Source: Armatimonadota bacterium
Lineage (GTDB): Bacteria; Vulcanimicrobiota; JACPDS01; JBDRKI01
NCBI GenBank assembly: GCA_043814095.1
Contig: JBDRKI010000107.1
Coordinates: 1 to 37,624, forward strand
Reading direction: 5' to 3'
Length of the DNA: 37,624 nucleotides
Shown here: piece after piece, positions 1 to 8,572 of the stretch
Layout: the number at the start of each line of letters is the position of its first letter
Position numbering within the stretch: position 1 is the stretch's first letter
Made by a program: the position numbers and the translations under genes
The notes under the pieces: model-generated
Told to the model about the DNA's origin: nothing
Database searches by the model: none
What the model saw: the letters and a program-made list of their open reading frames with translations, nothing else

Positions 1-2
1 TT

Positions 3-1184
3 AATTCCGTAAAAAACAGCTACTTAAACATGTTTTCATCGGATAAAAAAGCGTCTTCCCATACCCTGAACACACATGCGGAAGGCCTTATAGCCGGAGA
101 TATATGCCCTGTGAATAACTCTGTTCTGTATTACAAAATACCCGACACCCTTGATTATATATCCATAGGCGAAGTTTCATATGAAGATGATTTTAAAGAA
201 CTTGGCTCTTTGTCAAAAAAAACAGAAACTGTTTTAACAGGCATGAATATACCTCATCCGAAAAGCTGGCTTGAAGTCAAAATTGAAGAGAACATTACAA
301 ACTCTTTAAAAGAAGGAAGCCGTGATGTTAAATACAGCAGGGACGAAGTAAAATCGGCCGGCATACTGGAAAATAAGTTCGCGTATTCTCTTTTGAAAGA
401 AATTTACAATAAGAAAAACAGCTCCATTAAAAAACTCACGGAAGCGTTTAACGGCAATAATAAGGATGAAATAGAAAAGAACCTGGAAATCTTTGAAAAT
501 GCAGGATTAATTAACAAAGATTACGTTATTTTATGCAAAAAAAGCAACCAGCAGATACTCCAGGTATCCTCAAAAGAAGCCATAGAAGAAACATCAAAAT
601 CAACCTTCAAATGTTTTATATGCGGGAACCCTATAGCTTCCGAAGAGATAGATGAGATAATCGCATGTTCTGATTTCGGGAAAAAATTACTTGAGAATGA
701 CCACTGGCTTTTAATTAAATTTCTGAGCTGTCTTGACAAGCTCCAAACAAAAAAGAATAACATATATATTCAATCCGATAATCTATCTATGCAGAAAATT
801 TTCATTCAAAAAAACCAAAAACTTATACTTGTAATAATATGCAATAAAAAACTGGAGCTTAATGATTCTTACCAGATATCATCTTTAATAAACACTTTCG
901 GGGTTCCCTTTACAATACTTATATCCCCCGGCAACTTCACTTATCTTATGAAGTCCTACCTGAAAAAAAGTGCTTCTGAAACACAGTTCTCTTTCATTGA
1001 AAACTTGCAGCATCTTGAAAAAGAGATAACAGCTATCTTCAATGCCTTCGATAAAAATCTGATGGAAGAAACCTTCTTTGGCTTTAATGACCTGACTTAT
1101 ATAGACCTGCAGGATGCCGTATTAAGTAAAATAATTAAAGATAACGGTAAAGAATCCAACGTGAAGACAAAGAGCAAAAAATAG
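3..1184 (+). CDS. Hypothetical protein, probably 5'-truncated by the window edge; Cys-containing Zn-ribbon-like segment
   Basis: Frame is open from position 3 (aat tcc gta ...) through ATG30 to TAG ending 1184. Motifs LCKKS...FKCFICG. Family not recognised. Confidence 0.7.
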   Translation, partial: NSVKNSYLNMFSSDKKASSHTLNTHAEGLIAGDICPVNNSVLYYKIPDTLDYISIGEVSYEDDFKELGSLSKKTETVLTGMNIPHPKSWLEVKIEENITNSLKEGSRDVKYSRDEVKSAGILENKFAYSLLKEIYNKKNSSIKKLTEAFNGNNKDEIEKNLEIFENAGLINKDYVILCKKSNQQILQVSSKEAIEETSKSTFKCFICGNPIASEEIDEIIACSDFGKKLLENDHWLLIKFLSCLDKLQTKKNNIYIQSDNLSMQKIFIQKNQKLILVIICNKKLELNDSYQISSLINTFGVPFTILISPGNFTYLMKSYLKKSASETQFSFIENLQHLEKEITAIFNAFDKNLMEETFFGFNDLTYIDLQDAVLSKIIKDNGKESNVKTKSKK

Positions 1185-1224
1185 GTTTTTGAAATTTCCG
1201 AAACAGCGCAAGCCACTTGGAAAA

Positions 1225-1420
1225 TCATATTTCTTCTTTAATAATTCTCAAAAACTCTTTTTTACTTATTCCCAGAGTTCCCAGATTAGCAGAAATTATA
1301 AAATCCGGAAGTTCTTTTTCGTAAGGAATAATTATAGGTCTTTTCAAATCGGGTCTTTGATAGATTCTGTGAGAACCTTTTTGTCTATTAAAAGCACAAC
1401 CGACATAAAATAAAAATTTT
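1225..1420 (-). pseudogene. hicA: HicA-family mRNA interferase toxin, N-terminus apparently missing
   Basis: KFLFYVGCAFNRQKGSHRIYQRPDLKRPIIIP...IISANLGTLGISKKEFL matches the HicA GSH motif and C-terminal helix. The only upstream start (TTG1500) lies inside the hicB frame. Confidence 0.7.
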
Positions 1421-1558
1421 AACAGCTTCTGAAAATCTTTTCTGAGCTTCTTTAAATGTTTTTCCGCAAGTTGAAAGTTTAAAAGCGGGAGTATAAGCAA
1501 TAAAATACTTACCTTCTTTCAAAAAAAGAACAGGGATAGAAAAGGAATTAAATTTCAT
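1388..1558 (-). pseudogene. hicB: HicB-family antitoxin N-terminal domain, 56 aa, apparently truncated (not in the ORF track)
   Basis: Manual translation: MKFNSFSIPVLFLKEGKYFIAYTPAFKLSTCGKTFKEAQKRFSEAVKIFILCRLCF*. HicB-like pattern (E-G-x-y...A-Y-x-P...G-x-T-x-x-E-A...EAV). SD-like GGGGTG upstream of ATG1558. Confidence 0.7.
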
Positions 1559-1635
1559 TTTTTCACCCCAATTTCATTGTATTTTTATATCTTTTTTCAG
1601 TATTACTAAGTTTTTTTCCTGCAATAACAAAAAAA

Positions 1636-1725
1636 TGGCGGAGAGAGAGGGATTCGAACCCCCGGTCCGCGTAAACGGACAACGGTTTTCAAGACCGCCG
1701 CTTTCAACCACTCAGCCATCTCTCC
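1636..1725 (-). tRNA. tRNA-Ser (anticodon TGA)
   Basis: Reverse complement GGAGAGATGGCTGAGTGGTTGAAAGCGGCGGTCTTGAAAACCGTTGTCCGTTTACGCGGACCGGGGGTTCGAATCCCTCTCTCTCCGCCA: acceptor stem, long variable arm, TTCGAAT T-loop, encoded CCA. Confidence 0.97.
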
Positions 1726-1737
1726 GCTTGGAAGAAT

Positions 1738-1766
1738 AATTTACAATAATTCGTGTTATTTCTCAA
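1738..1766 (-). promoter_or_regulatory. Putative sigma70 promoter of tRNA-Ser
   Basis: Minus strand TTGAGA-17 nt-TAAATT, ending 12 nt before the tRNA 5' end. Confidence 0.55.
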
Positions 1767-1774
1767 GTCCCCTT

Positions 1775-4075
1775 TTATTTCTGCAGGATACTTTTATAGC
1801 TCTCCAGCTCATATATTACATTCTGTTTGGGGAAATCAAGTTTTAATACCCTGCCGTCTTTGTCTATCCAGAAATACAAGTTTTCCGAAACGCCGACCAA
1901 AGCAAGCACTTTTTCCCCTTTTATATTAAGATATTCAACATTATCTATTTTTACGTCCACAGCTTCGGTTTTAAGTTCATCGGGATAAAAAAGATACAGT
2001 TTATATGTTTTACCGAGCTTCACTTCCGGTATCTGGCCAAGCGCGACGCAAATCTGAGACAGAACTCTTTTATCGGCAAGATAAGCGCCGTCTGATATCG
2101 GCAGGCTGATTTCCTTGCTTTGGTCGTTTAACTTCGCGGATTTCGTTATAAATGTTCTTTTAAAATTGCATTCCTCAACAAGTTTATCTTTATCTTCTTT
2201 AATCTCCAGGTTATAGTAAACCGGCAGACCGTACGGGGTAAGATAGTATTTTGTTTTTATCTCGGTTTTCATGAGGCCGTTATCTACCTCGGTTAAACTG
2301 TCAAACTCATAAGTTTCTTTGTCGCCCTGTATGCTTAATTCTTTGAGGGCAACCACTTCTTTGCCTAATTCCTGTTCATTCTTAGTAATTTTGTATACGC
2401 GCTCCTCGCCCAAAGGCCATTTTACTTCATTCCTGAAATAAGGGACTCTGGGAGAAGGGTTGGGCGCGTAATCAAGAATCTGAACATGGGGATACCTGAT
2501 ATCGCCGTTATGCCATAAAGCTATATGGGACGCGCTTAATTTATCAAACTCGCCGAGAGTGGGATCCAGCGCGGCCCAGCCTTCTTTACCCGTATAACAT
2601 TCAATCCATGTGTGGGGAACAAACTTCCCGCCCGAATAAATCAAACCGCTTATAAGGCGGGCAGGAATGCCGACTGACCTGCACATAGCGGTAAAAAGCA
2701 TGGATATGCTCTCGCTGTTTCCCTGCTTGGAAGCAAAGGTGAGTTTCGCGGAAGGCATAGCCGGCCCTATGTTTATTTCTTCCTTAATAAAATTGAATAT
2801 CTTGCCGGCCGCATCCCAGATATTCTTGCTGTTTAACACGACATAACTCGCTTTGTTTCTTATTCTATCATTATCGCATTCTATACCGAACTCCGGTTCT
2901 AAATACCGCAGAACATCATCCGGAAAATCTTCGGTTACGGGATACTTAAATGAACTGTTTACTATTATATCTTTTGTGTTTATCTCCATTACCCCGTCAA
3001 GGATATTTTTATCCTCGGGTACTTTCTCAACTTCTTCCTTAACCTCTTCAACTGTTTCTTCTTTAACAGCTTCCTTGCCCGGTACAGGGGGGGATTCCAG
3101 ATCTAAATCCAGATCAAATTCATCAATTTCTTCCGCCTCTGTGCCCGGATAATATTTCTGGCTGAACCCCAGATCTTTATAATCCCTTATCACATCACCG
3201 TATACTTTCGTATTAATCTTAACTTTCAGATAAGTTAAATCCGCGGCATTCGGCAGTACAAATTTCGCGTCCGCAACCCTTAAATCCCAAAGATCAGTAC
3301 CTTTGCTTTTTGATATTTCATTAACTACGCCTTTATTGCTTAATACCATATATACCGGTCCGTTTGCCTGCTCAACTTTTATAAGATTGTATTTTTTATC
3401 CACGAACATCCTGTATTTTACGGTTTTATTTAAATCAAGAATATCATATCCCGTGCAGTCATACTTTTTGTCTTTAACTTTCACGGTTACCGGTCCTGTA
3501 CTTACAATATTGATTTTTTGCAGATCTTTCATCAAAGGATCATAAATGGAAAGCTCTTTTTTGTCACTGTTTTTTGTCATAAGAGCCAGAATCTGGAAAT
3601 ACTCGGCAAAAGTACCGAAAGATCCCCAGAAGTTATTTACAAAAAACGTCGGAGCGTCTTTAATCTCTTTATAATAATCGTGCTTGTTTTTGCCTGCCAA
3701 ATCTGTCTGGAGAACTAATGTATCGGATACAACCGCGTGCACGTTAATTTTCATGTCTCCTACCTGCTGGAGCAGGTTTAAAGAAGAAGGATTTAAAGTA
3801 TCCTGCTCCACGAAAAGATCGCTTATAAACTGAACATCCTCTATGCCGCCCATACCTACTTTAAGCCGGCTGTCTGAATCAATCCTGTAGTAGTGCTTCT
3901 CCCCGAGGTAAACCTTCTGGCTAACGAAGAAATGCGAATAACCCACAAGCTTATCAGACCAGAATATAGCGTAATACTTTTCCATTCCTACATCTATACC
4001 CGCATTAGCGCACCCCAGAATAAGGAAAACAAATACCAGAACCGCTATAACTGTATTTTTAATTCTTTTCATCAA
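1775..4075 (-). CDS. Exported transglutaminase-like domain protein
   Basis: N-terminal signal peptide. Transglutaminase-core pattern GNSESISMLFTAMCRSVGIPARLISG...PHTWIECY...GWAALDPT, flanked by beta-rich domains. Confidence 0.8.
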   Translation of the reverse strand: MMKRIKNTVIAVLVFVFLILGCANAGIDVGMEKYYAIFWSDKLVGYSHFFVSQKVYLGEKHYYRIDSDSRLKVGMGGIEDVQFISDLFVEQDTLNPSSLNLLQQVGDMKINVHAVVSDTLVLQTDLAGKNKHDYYKEIKDAPTFFVNNFWGSFGTFAEYFQILALMTKNSDKKELSIYDPLMKDLQKINIVSTGPVTVKVKDKKYDCTGYDILDLNKTVKYRMFVDKKYNLIKVEQANGPVYMVLSNKGVVNEISKSKGTDLWDLRVADAKFVLPNAADLTYLKVKINTKVYGDVIRDYKDLGFSQKYYPGTEAEEIDEFDLDLDLESPPVPGKEAVKEETVEEVKEEVEKVPEDKNILDGVMEINTKDIIVNSSFKYPVTEDFPDDVLRYLEPEFGIECDNDRIRNKASYVVLNSKNIWDAAGKIFNFIKEEINIGPAMPSAKLTFASKQGNSESISMLFTAMCRSVGIPARLISGLIYSGGKFVPHTWIECYTGKEGWAALDPTLGEFDKLSASHIALWHNGDIRYPHVQILDYAPNPSPRVPYFRNEVKWPLGEERVYKITKNEQELGKEVVALKELSIQGDKETYEFDSLTEVDNGLMKTEIKTKYYLTPYGLPVYYNLEIKEDKDKLVEECNFKRTFITKSAKLNDQSKEISLPISDGAYLADKRVLSQICVALGQIPEVKLGKTYKLYLFYPDELKTEAVDVKIDNVEYLNIKGEKVLALVGVSENLYFWIDKDGRVLKLDFPKQNVIYELESYKSILQK

Positions 4076-4114
4076 TACACCTCAACTAATATATATGTAG
4101 CTTACAGTAAATAT

Positions 4115-5266
4115 TTATTTCTGCGATATTTTCCCGCAAACAACTTTTCCTTCAGCGCCTGTTACATTAGGTATATTATTAAAATGTCCGTATAATGTTT
4201 CATTTCCCAATATCGCAAAAGCTACCGCTTCTTTCGCGTCGCTGTTTATGCTTAATTCATCCGAAAGATAAATTTTAACATCATTTAACCTTGTTTTCAA
4301 ATATTCAATAAAATACCTGTTCTTTCCCCCGCCCCCGCTTATTATTATCTCGTCAAATTTATCTTTAATATGAGCCTTAATACCGCATATAACCGTTTCC
4401 GAGGTAAAAGCCGAGAGTGTTGTTATCAGATTCAACAATCCCGTTTTCTTATTCTCCCTGATCAGTTTTTCCGTAAAATACCAGCCGAACTCTTCCCTTC
4501 CCGTGGATTTCGGCGGAGCTTTTTTAATATAATTTAACTTCATAAGTTTAGATAAAAGATTATAGTCAATTTTACCCTTAAAAGCAAATTCCCCGTCTTT
4601 ATCGTATTTAAATTTACCTTTTGTATATACATTTACAAGATGATCCAGAACCATATTGCCGGGACCGGTGTCAAACGCTAAAACTTTATCTGCCCCGGAC
4701 GATTTTTTTATATATGTTAAATTAGCGATACCGCCTATGTTAAGTATAACCCTGTTTAATTTCTTACTGCGGAATAAAATATAATCAGTATAAGGCACAA
4801 GAGGCGCCGCGCACCCGCCGGAAGCAAGATCCGCATATCTAAAATCAGAAACAGTAAGGCACCCCGTGCTTTGCGCGATCTGCGCGCCCTCCCCTATCTG
4901 CAGAGTGGAATAAGGAGGATTATGATAAACAGTCTGACCGTGGCTTGCGACCATATCAATCTTATTTACGGGAATGCCGGCGGATTTTGCAAGTTTTTTA
5001 ACCGCATCCGCGAATATTTTCCCCAGCTCAAAATTAAAATCGCTTAATTTATCTACGGTCGCCTTTTTATAATCAAACATCTTAAATATCTTCCTTCTGG
5101 CATCTTCTTTAAAAGGCACGCAGATATACTTGAGAAGCTTAACTTTTGTTAGCAGGAAATTCCCGGATATCTTTACAAGCGCGGCATCTATACCGTCAAC
5201 TGATGTCCCGCTCATAAGACCTACAACAATGCGTTCTTTCTTTTTAATATAATCCGTTATTTTCAT
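4115..5266 (-). CDS. anmK: Anhydro-N-acetylmuramic acid kinase
   Basis: GLMSGTSVDGID, SHGQT, DFR..D...GG..APLVP, NIGGIAN, FDTGPGN, PPKSTGRE, KEAVAFA motifs. Confidence 0.95.
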   Translation of the reverse strand: MKITDYIKKKERIVVGLMSGTSVDGIDAALVKISGNFLLTKVKLLKYICVPFKEDARRKIFKMFDYKKATVDKLSDFNFELGKIFADAVKKLAKSAGIPVNKIDMVASHGQTVYHNPPYSTLQIGEGAQIAQSTGCLTVSDFRYADLASGGCAAPLVPYTDYILFRSKKLNRVILNIGGIANLTYIKKSSGADKVLAFDTGPGNMVLDHLVNVYTKGKFKYDKDGEFAFKGKIDYNLLSKLMKLNYIKKAPPKSTGREEFGWYFTEKLIRENKKTGLLNLITTLSAFTSETVICGIKAHIKDKFDEIIISGGGGKNRYFIEYLKTRLNDVKIYLSDELSINSDAKEAVAFAILGNETLYGHFNNIPNVTGAEGKVVCGKISQK

Positions 5267-6012
5267 AATTGTGAAAATCCTATTACATCTATATTATTCT
5301 GTTTAATAAAATTAATTATTTCCGGGTCTGTGTATACTTTCAGCTCCGACATCCTGTAATCCGTATAGGAACTGATGCCTCTCAGGTCTTCGTCAACAAA
5401 TCCCGGATGCGCGCAGATCTCCGTAACGCCGGAATCCATATTGTTCACGATTCCCATGAAATTATCCGGATTTACCCTATCCGCGTAAAATTCTTCTATA
5501 AAATAATCCGGTGTTTTAATGCCTTCTTTTTTAAAGGCTTCAGCCATCTCCGGATTATTGCTTCTGGCAGGCAGATTATATTTTTTCGCGAGCTTAATAT
5601 ATATATCCAGAAATTCAGGTCTTGCGTGAGTATGGTGGTGTGAATCAATATGTGAAATCTTAACACCGAGCAATTTTGCCTTTAAAATCTGGGCTTCCCA
5701 TTCTTTTTCAACCTCTTCCGGTTTTGCTTTTTCAGCTACGATAGAGGGTTTGCGGAAAAAACTGCCGTTCTCGTCCAGAAGGGAACTTACTTCGGAAGGA
5801 TCTGATACCGGTTTCCCGTATGTAACATTAAGATGCACCCCTATATCAAGACCGGTACAGTCTTTTGTAATCGCGAATTTCTTATCCGCGTCAGGCAGGT
5901 TTATCATAAAAGTAGTACTTTTTACAATGCCGTCATTGTATGCTTTAACTATTCCTTCACATGCCGAATAAGTAAGGCCGTAATCATCCGCGTTAACTAT
6001 TATCTTTTTCAT
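5263..6012 (-). CDS. ChbG/YdjC-family carbohydrate deacetylase
   Basis: IVNADDYG, GVHLN, HIDSHHH, EICAHPG motifs. Stop overlaps the anmK start. Confidence 0.92.
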   Translation of the reverse strand: MKKIIVNADDYGLTYSACEGIVKAYNDGIVKSTTFMINLPDADKKFAITKDCTGLDIGVHLNVTYGKPVSDPSEVSSLLDENGSFFRKPSIVAEKAKPEEVEKEWEAQILKAKLLGVKISHIDSHHHTHARPEFLDIYIKLAKKYNLPARSNNPEMAEAFKKEGIKTPDYFIEEFYADRVNPDNFMGIVNNMDSGVTEICAHPGFVDEDLRGISSYTDYRMSELKVYTDPEIINFIKQNNIDVIGFSQL

Positions 6013-6082
6013 ATTATATATACTCCCTTTGAAAATAATTTCATTATTTCTCTTTATGTATTACAGTTCCCTTTCTTGGTTG

Positions 6083-6125
6083 AAAATAAAAAGCAGGGAT
6101 ATTTTTAATAAACATCCCTGCTGTT
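6083..6125 (-). terminator. Intrinsic terminator downstream of the phosphodiester glycosidase gene
   Basis: Inverted repeat AGCAGGGAT...ATCCCTGCT followed by a T-rich tract on the minus strand. Confidence 0.7.
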
Positions 6126-6150
6126 GTATTTTTTACTTAATTATATACTA

Positions 6151-6939
6151 TTATTTTCCGGCCACCTGAATAAATCCCGCATATTCCGGTTCATTATAAT
6201 TAACGGAAACAAAGTTTGTTACTTTCCTGTCGGAGTAAGTTAAATATTCTCCATCATGGTAAAGAGCGCTTGAACCGCCGCCGTCTAAGCATACGGCATA
6301 AGCGCAGTTAAGCTTTAGCATTATCTTTGCCGTTTCTTTTAAATTTACAGAATCCCTTATTGTTACCAAAAGAAGTTTGTCATCGCCTGTATAACCCAGC
6401 ACGCTTCTTTTCGCGTATCCTAAAACCCTGGGATCGCGGAATCCTTCTTCTTTGGGATTAAGATAGATACTGTTTTTATACACCAGCGTGGGCCCTGTGC
6501 AGACAGCGTGTTCAAAAGTGTTCCAGGGTATAAAATATTTTTTCAGGCTGCTGGCAAGGTGAAACTGTATATCCCCCTTATAAGTGAACCCAACAACCGT
6601 TCCCACACAGCCGATATTCTCTACTTCGCCGTCCACGATAATCGTACCGGTAGGCTTAAATGAATTAGTGTCATGGTAAGTGCCGTTTATAGCCGCGACA
6701 GGCTTCGTGCGTTTAACAAATGAACCGAAAGTTTCATTAGGATAGCTGTATTTTTTCTTGCCGTACGCGACAGCGGGCTTTATGCTTATGGAAGGGTCTT
6801 TAGTATCGATAGAGACTACATTTACTTTAAATCCGTTTATATACAGTGTTTCGGAATCTACGGGTTCTGCCGGTAAAAACGTGCAGGTCAGTAAAAAAAA
6901 TAAAGCCAGGCCTAATGTTGCTAAGACCAGCTTTTTCAT
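6151..6939 (-). CDS. Exported phosphodiester glycosidase (NAGPA-like) family protein
   Basis: AAINGTY, GPTLV, RSVLG, AVCLDGGGSSAL motifs and a signal peptide. ATG6939 (MKKLVL) after a G-rich SD preferred over the ORF-track start at 6960. Confidence 0.85.
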   Translation of the reverse strand: MKKLVLATLGLALFFLLTCTFLPAEPVDSETLYINGFKVNVVSIDTKDPSISIKPAVAYGKKKYSYPNETFGSFVKRTKPVAAINGTYHDTNSFKPTGTIIVDGEVENIGCVGTVVGFTYKGDIQFHLASSLKKYFIPWNTFEHAVCTGPTLVYKNSIYLNPKEEGFRDPRVLGYAKRSVLGYTGDDKLLLVTIRDSVNLKETAKIMLKLNCAYAVCLDGGGSSALYHDGEYLTYSDRKVTNFVSVNYNEPEYAGFIQVAGK

Positions 6940-6984
6940 ATCCCCCAACTCCTTCACCACAGGAAAGATTTTTTTCTTTCTTTG

Positions 6985-7065
6985 ATTATATTATAATGCA
7001 AAAAATGGCTCAAAACAATGATTTTTTGTTAACAAAATGTTAACAATTTGTTACAAAATTGTTAA
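6985..7065 (-). promoter_or_regulatory. Promoter region with four 11-bp-periodic (T/G)TAACA boxes
   Basis: Plus-strand TGTTAA/TGTTAC at 7027, 7038, 7049, 7060. Minus-strand TATAAT at 6995-6990 and 6990-6985. TTGAGC at 7013-7008 is 17 nt from the second TATAAT. Confidence 0.65.
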
Positions 7066-7185
7066 ATTTTGGAGGTTTTTTTGATGATTTCAATTATTTT
7101 GCTTAAAATAGTTAAAAATTAGACTTTTTTAAACTATTTTTTTGTAGATGAAGGGACTTTACTAATATGATATAATATATAGGTT

Positions 7186-8565
7186 ATGAAAAGAAAAATA
7201 TTTATTAATTTATTGATTACTATTATTTCGGTATTTTTAATTAAATCCGGTTACGCGCTGGAGAATAATTTTCTTCACCCTGCAAGATATGTTATGGAGA
7301 ACGGTATTAACGTGCTGATCCAGGAGGAACACCACCACCCGATAACAAGTATCCAGATATGCGTAAGAACCGGGTCGCGGAATGAAAATTCCCAAACCAA
7401 CGGAATAAGCCATCTGTGCGAACATCTTTTTTTCAGGCACACAAATCCAATGACAAGCGCGCCTTTTAAAGCCTCACTGGAGAGGCTCGGAGCGGAATTT
7501 AACGCCGAGACGTCTAAAGATTATACCTGCTATTATGTTAACCTGCCCAGCAAAAATACAGCTCAAGCATTAAGATTAATGGCTGATGCGTATATCAATT
7601 ACAGCTTTTCCCAGGAAGATTTTGAAAACGAAAAGAAAATTGTTTTAAACGAATACGGCTTAAACAAAGATAATCCCATGGCAAAGCTTATAGCCAAACT
7701 GGATGATGTGGCATTTCCCAATCACCCTTACAGGTATCAGATAATCGGAACCGAACACGGCATCAAAGATTTTTCACTAAATGACGCCGTTAATTATAAG
7801 GAGAGAAATTACACCCCTTCAAACACATCAATAATAGTGGTAGGCGATGTTAATACATATGACGTAATGGAAAACATAAAAACCTTCTTCGGAAGTTTTA
7901 AAGGTCCCGGGCAGGAAGATATCCCCGCTTCTGAATCCATTATACCTTATACAAACCAGGAAATAGTTGAAGAGGCTGATGTAACTAAATATTATATACT
8001 GCTCGGATACAAAACGCCGGGAATAAAAAACATAGAGGATATATACGCTATTGATATCATAACTTTTCTTGCGGGTCAGGGTAAATCCAGCATGCTCCAT
8101 GATGTTTTAACCAAAGACAATAAACTGGCCGAAGAAGTCTTCGCGAGCTTTGTAACCCCTAAAGACCCTGGCCTTTTCTATATTGCCGCCATATGCAAAC
8201 ATGATAAATACGAAGAAGCAAAAAAAGGAATTTTTGAGGTAATTGAAAATTTGAAAAACGGAAATTTCTCCGATAAAGAATTTGAAAGAGCCCGCAACCT
8301 CCTTATAAGCACATATGTGTTCGGCGCGGAAACAAACCTGGATAAAGCAAAGACACTGGGCTTTTACGAAGCTATTGATTCATATAAAATAGCGTGCGGG
8401 TATATAGACGGCATTAACAGCACGACAAAAGCGGACGTTGTAAAAGAAGCGAATAAACTCTTCGGGAACAGCTACTACCTGCTTGTTTTTAAGCCGAAGT
8501 ACATACCGAAAGAAGATGACGGTAAAACAAAACCTCCTTTCCCGTTTAATATATTTAACTGGTGA
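7186..8565 (+). CDS. M16 (pitrilysin/insulinase-family) zinc peptidase, catalytic subunit, with signal peptide
   Basis: GS..E...NGISHLCEHL (HxxEH), NAETSKDYT.Y, EKKIVLNE, HPY...IG. Confidence 0.92.
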   Translation: MKRKIFINLLITIISVFLIKSGYALENNFLHPARYVMENGINVLIQEEHHHPITSIQICVRTGSRNENSQTNGISHLCEHLFFRHTNPMTSAPFKASLERLGAEFNAETSKDYTCYYVNLPSKNTAQALRLMADAYINYSFSQEDFENEKKIVLNEYGLNKDNPMAKLIAKLDDVAFPNHPYRYQIIGTEHGIKDFSLNDAVNYKERNYTPSNTSIIVVGDVNTYDVMENIKTFFGSFKGPGQEDIPASESIIPYTNQEIVEEADVTKYYILLGYKTPGIKNIEDIYAIDIITFLAGQGKSSMLHDVLTKDNKLAEEVFASFVTPKDPGLFYIAAICKHDKYEEAKKGIFEVIENLKNGNFSDKEFERARNLLISTYVFGAETNLDKAKTLGFYEAIDSYKIACGYIDGINSTTKADVVKEANKLFGNSYYLLVFKPKYIPKEDDGKTKPPFPFNIFNW

Positions 8566-8572
8566 TCCTTAA

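Noticed and set aside
1421-1500. N-terminal part of the 91-aa HicA ORF (TTG start at 1500)
   Set aside because: It is the +1 frame of the hicB-like coding sequence, has no evident SD and does not look like a HicA N-terminus.
7027-7065. CRISPR array or replication-origin iterons/DnaA boxes
   Set aside because: Units are 11 bp with no spacers, do not match TTATCCACA, and no cas, rep or dnaA gene is nearby.
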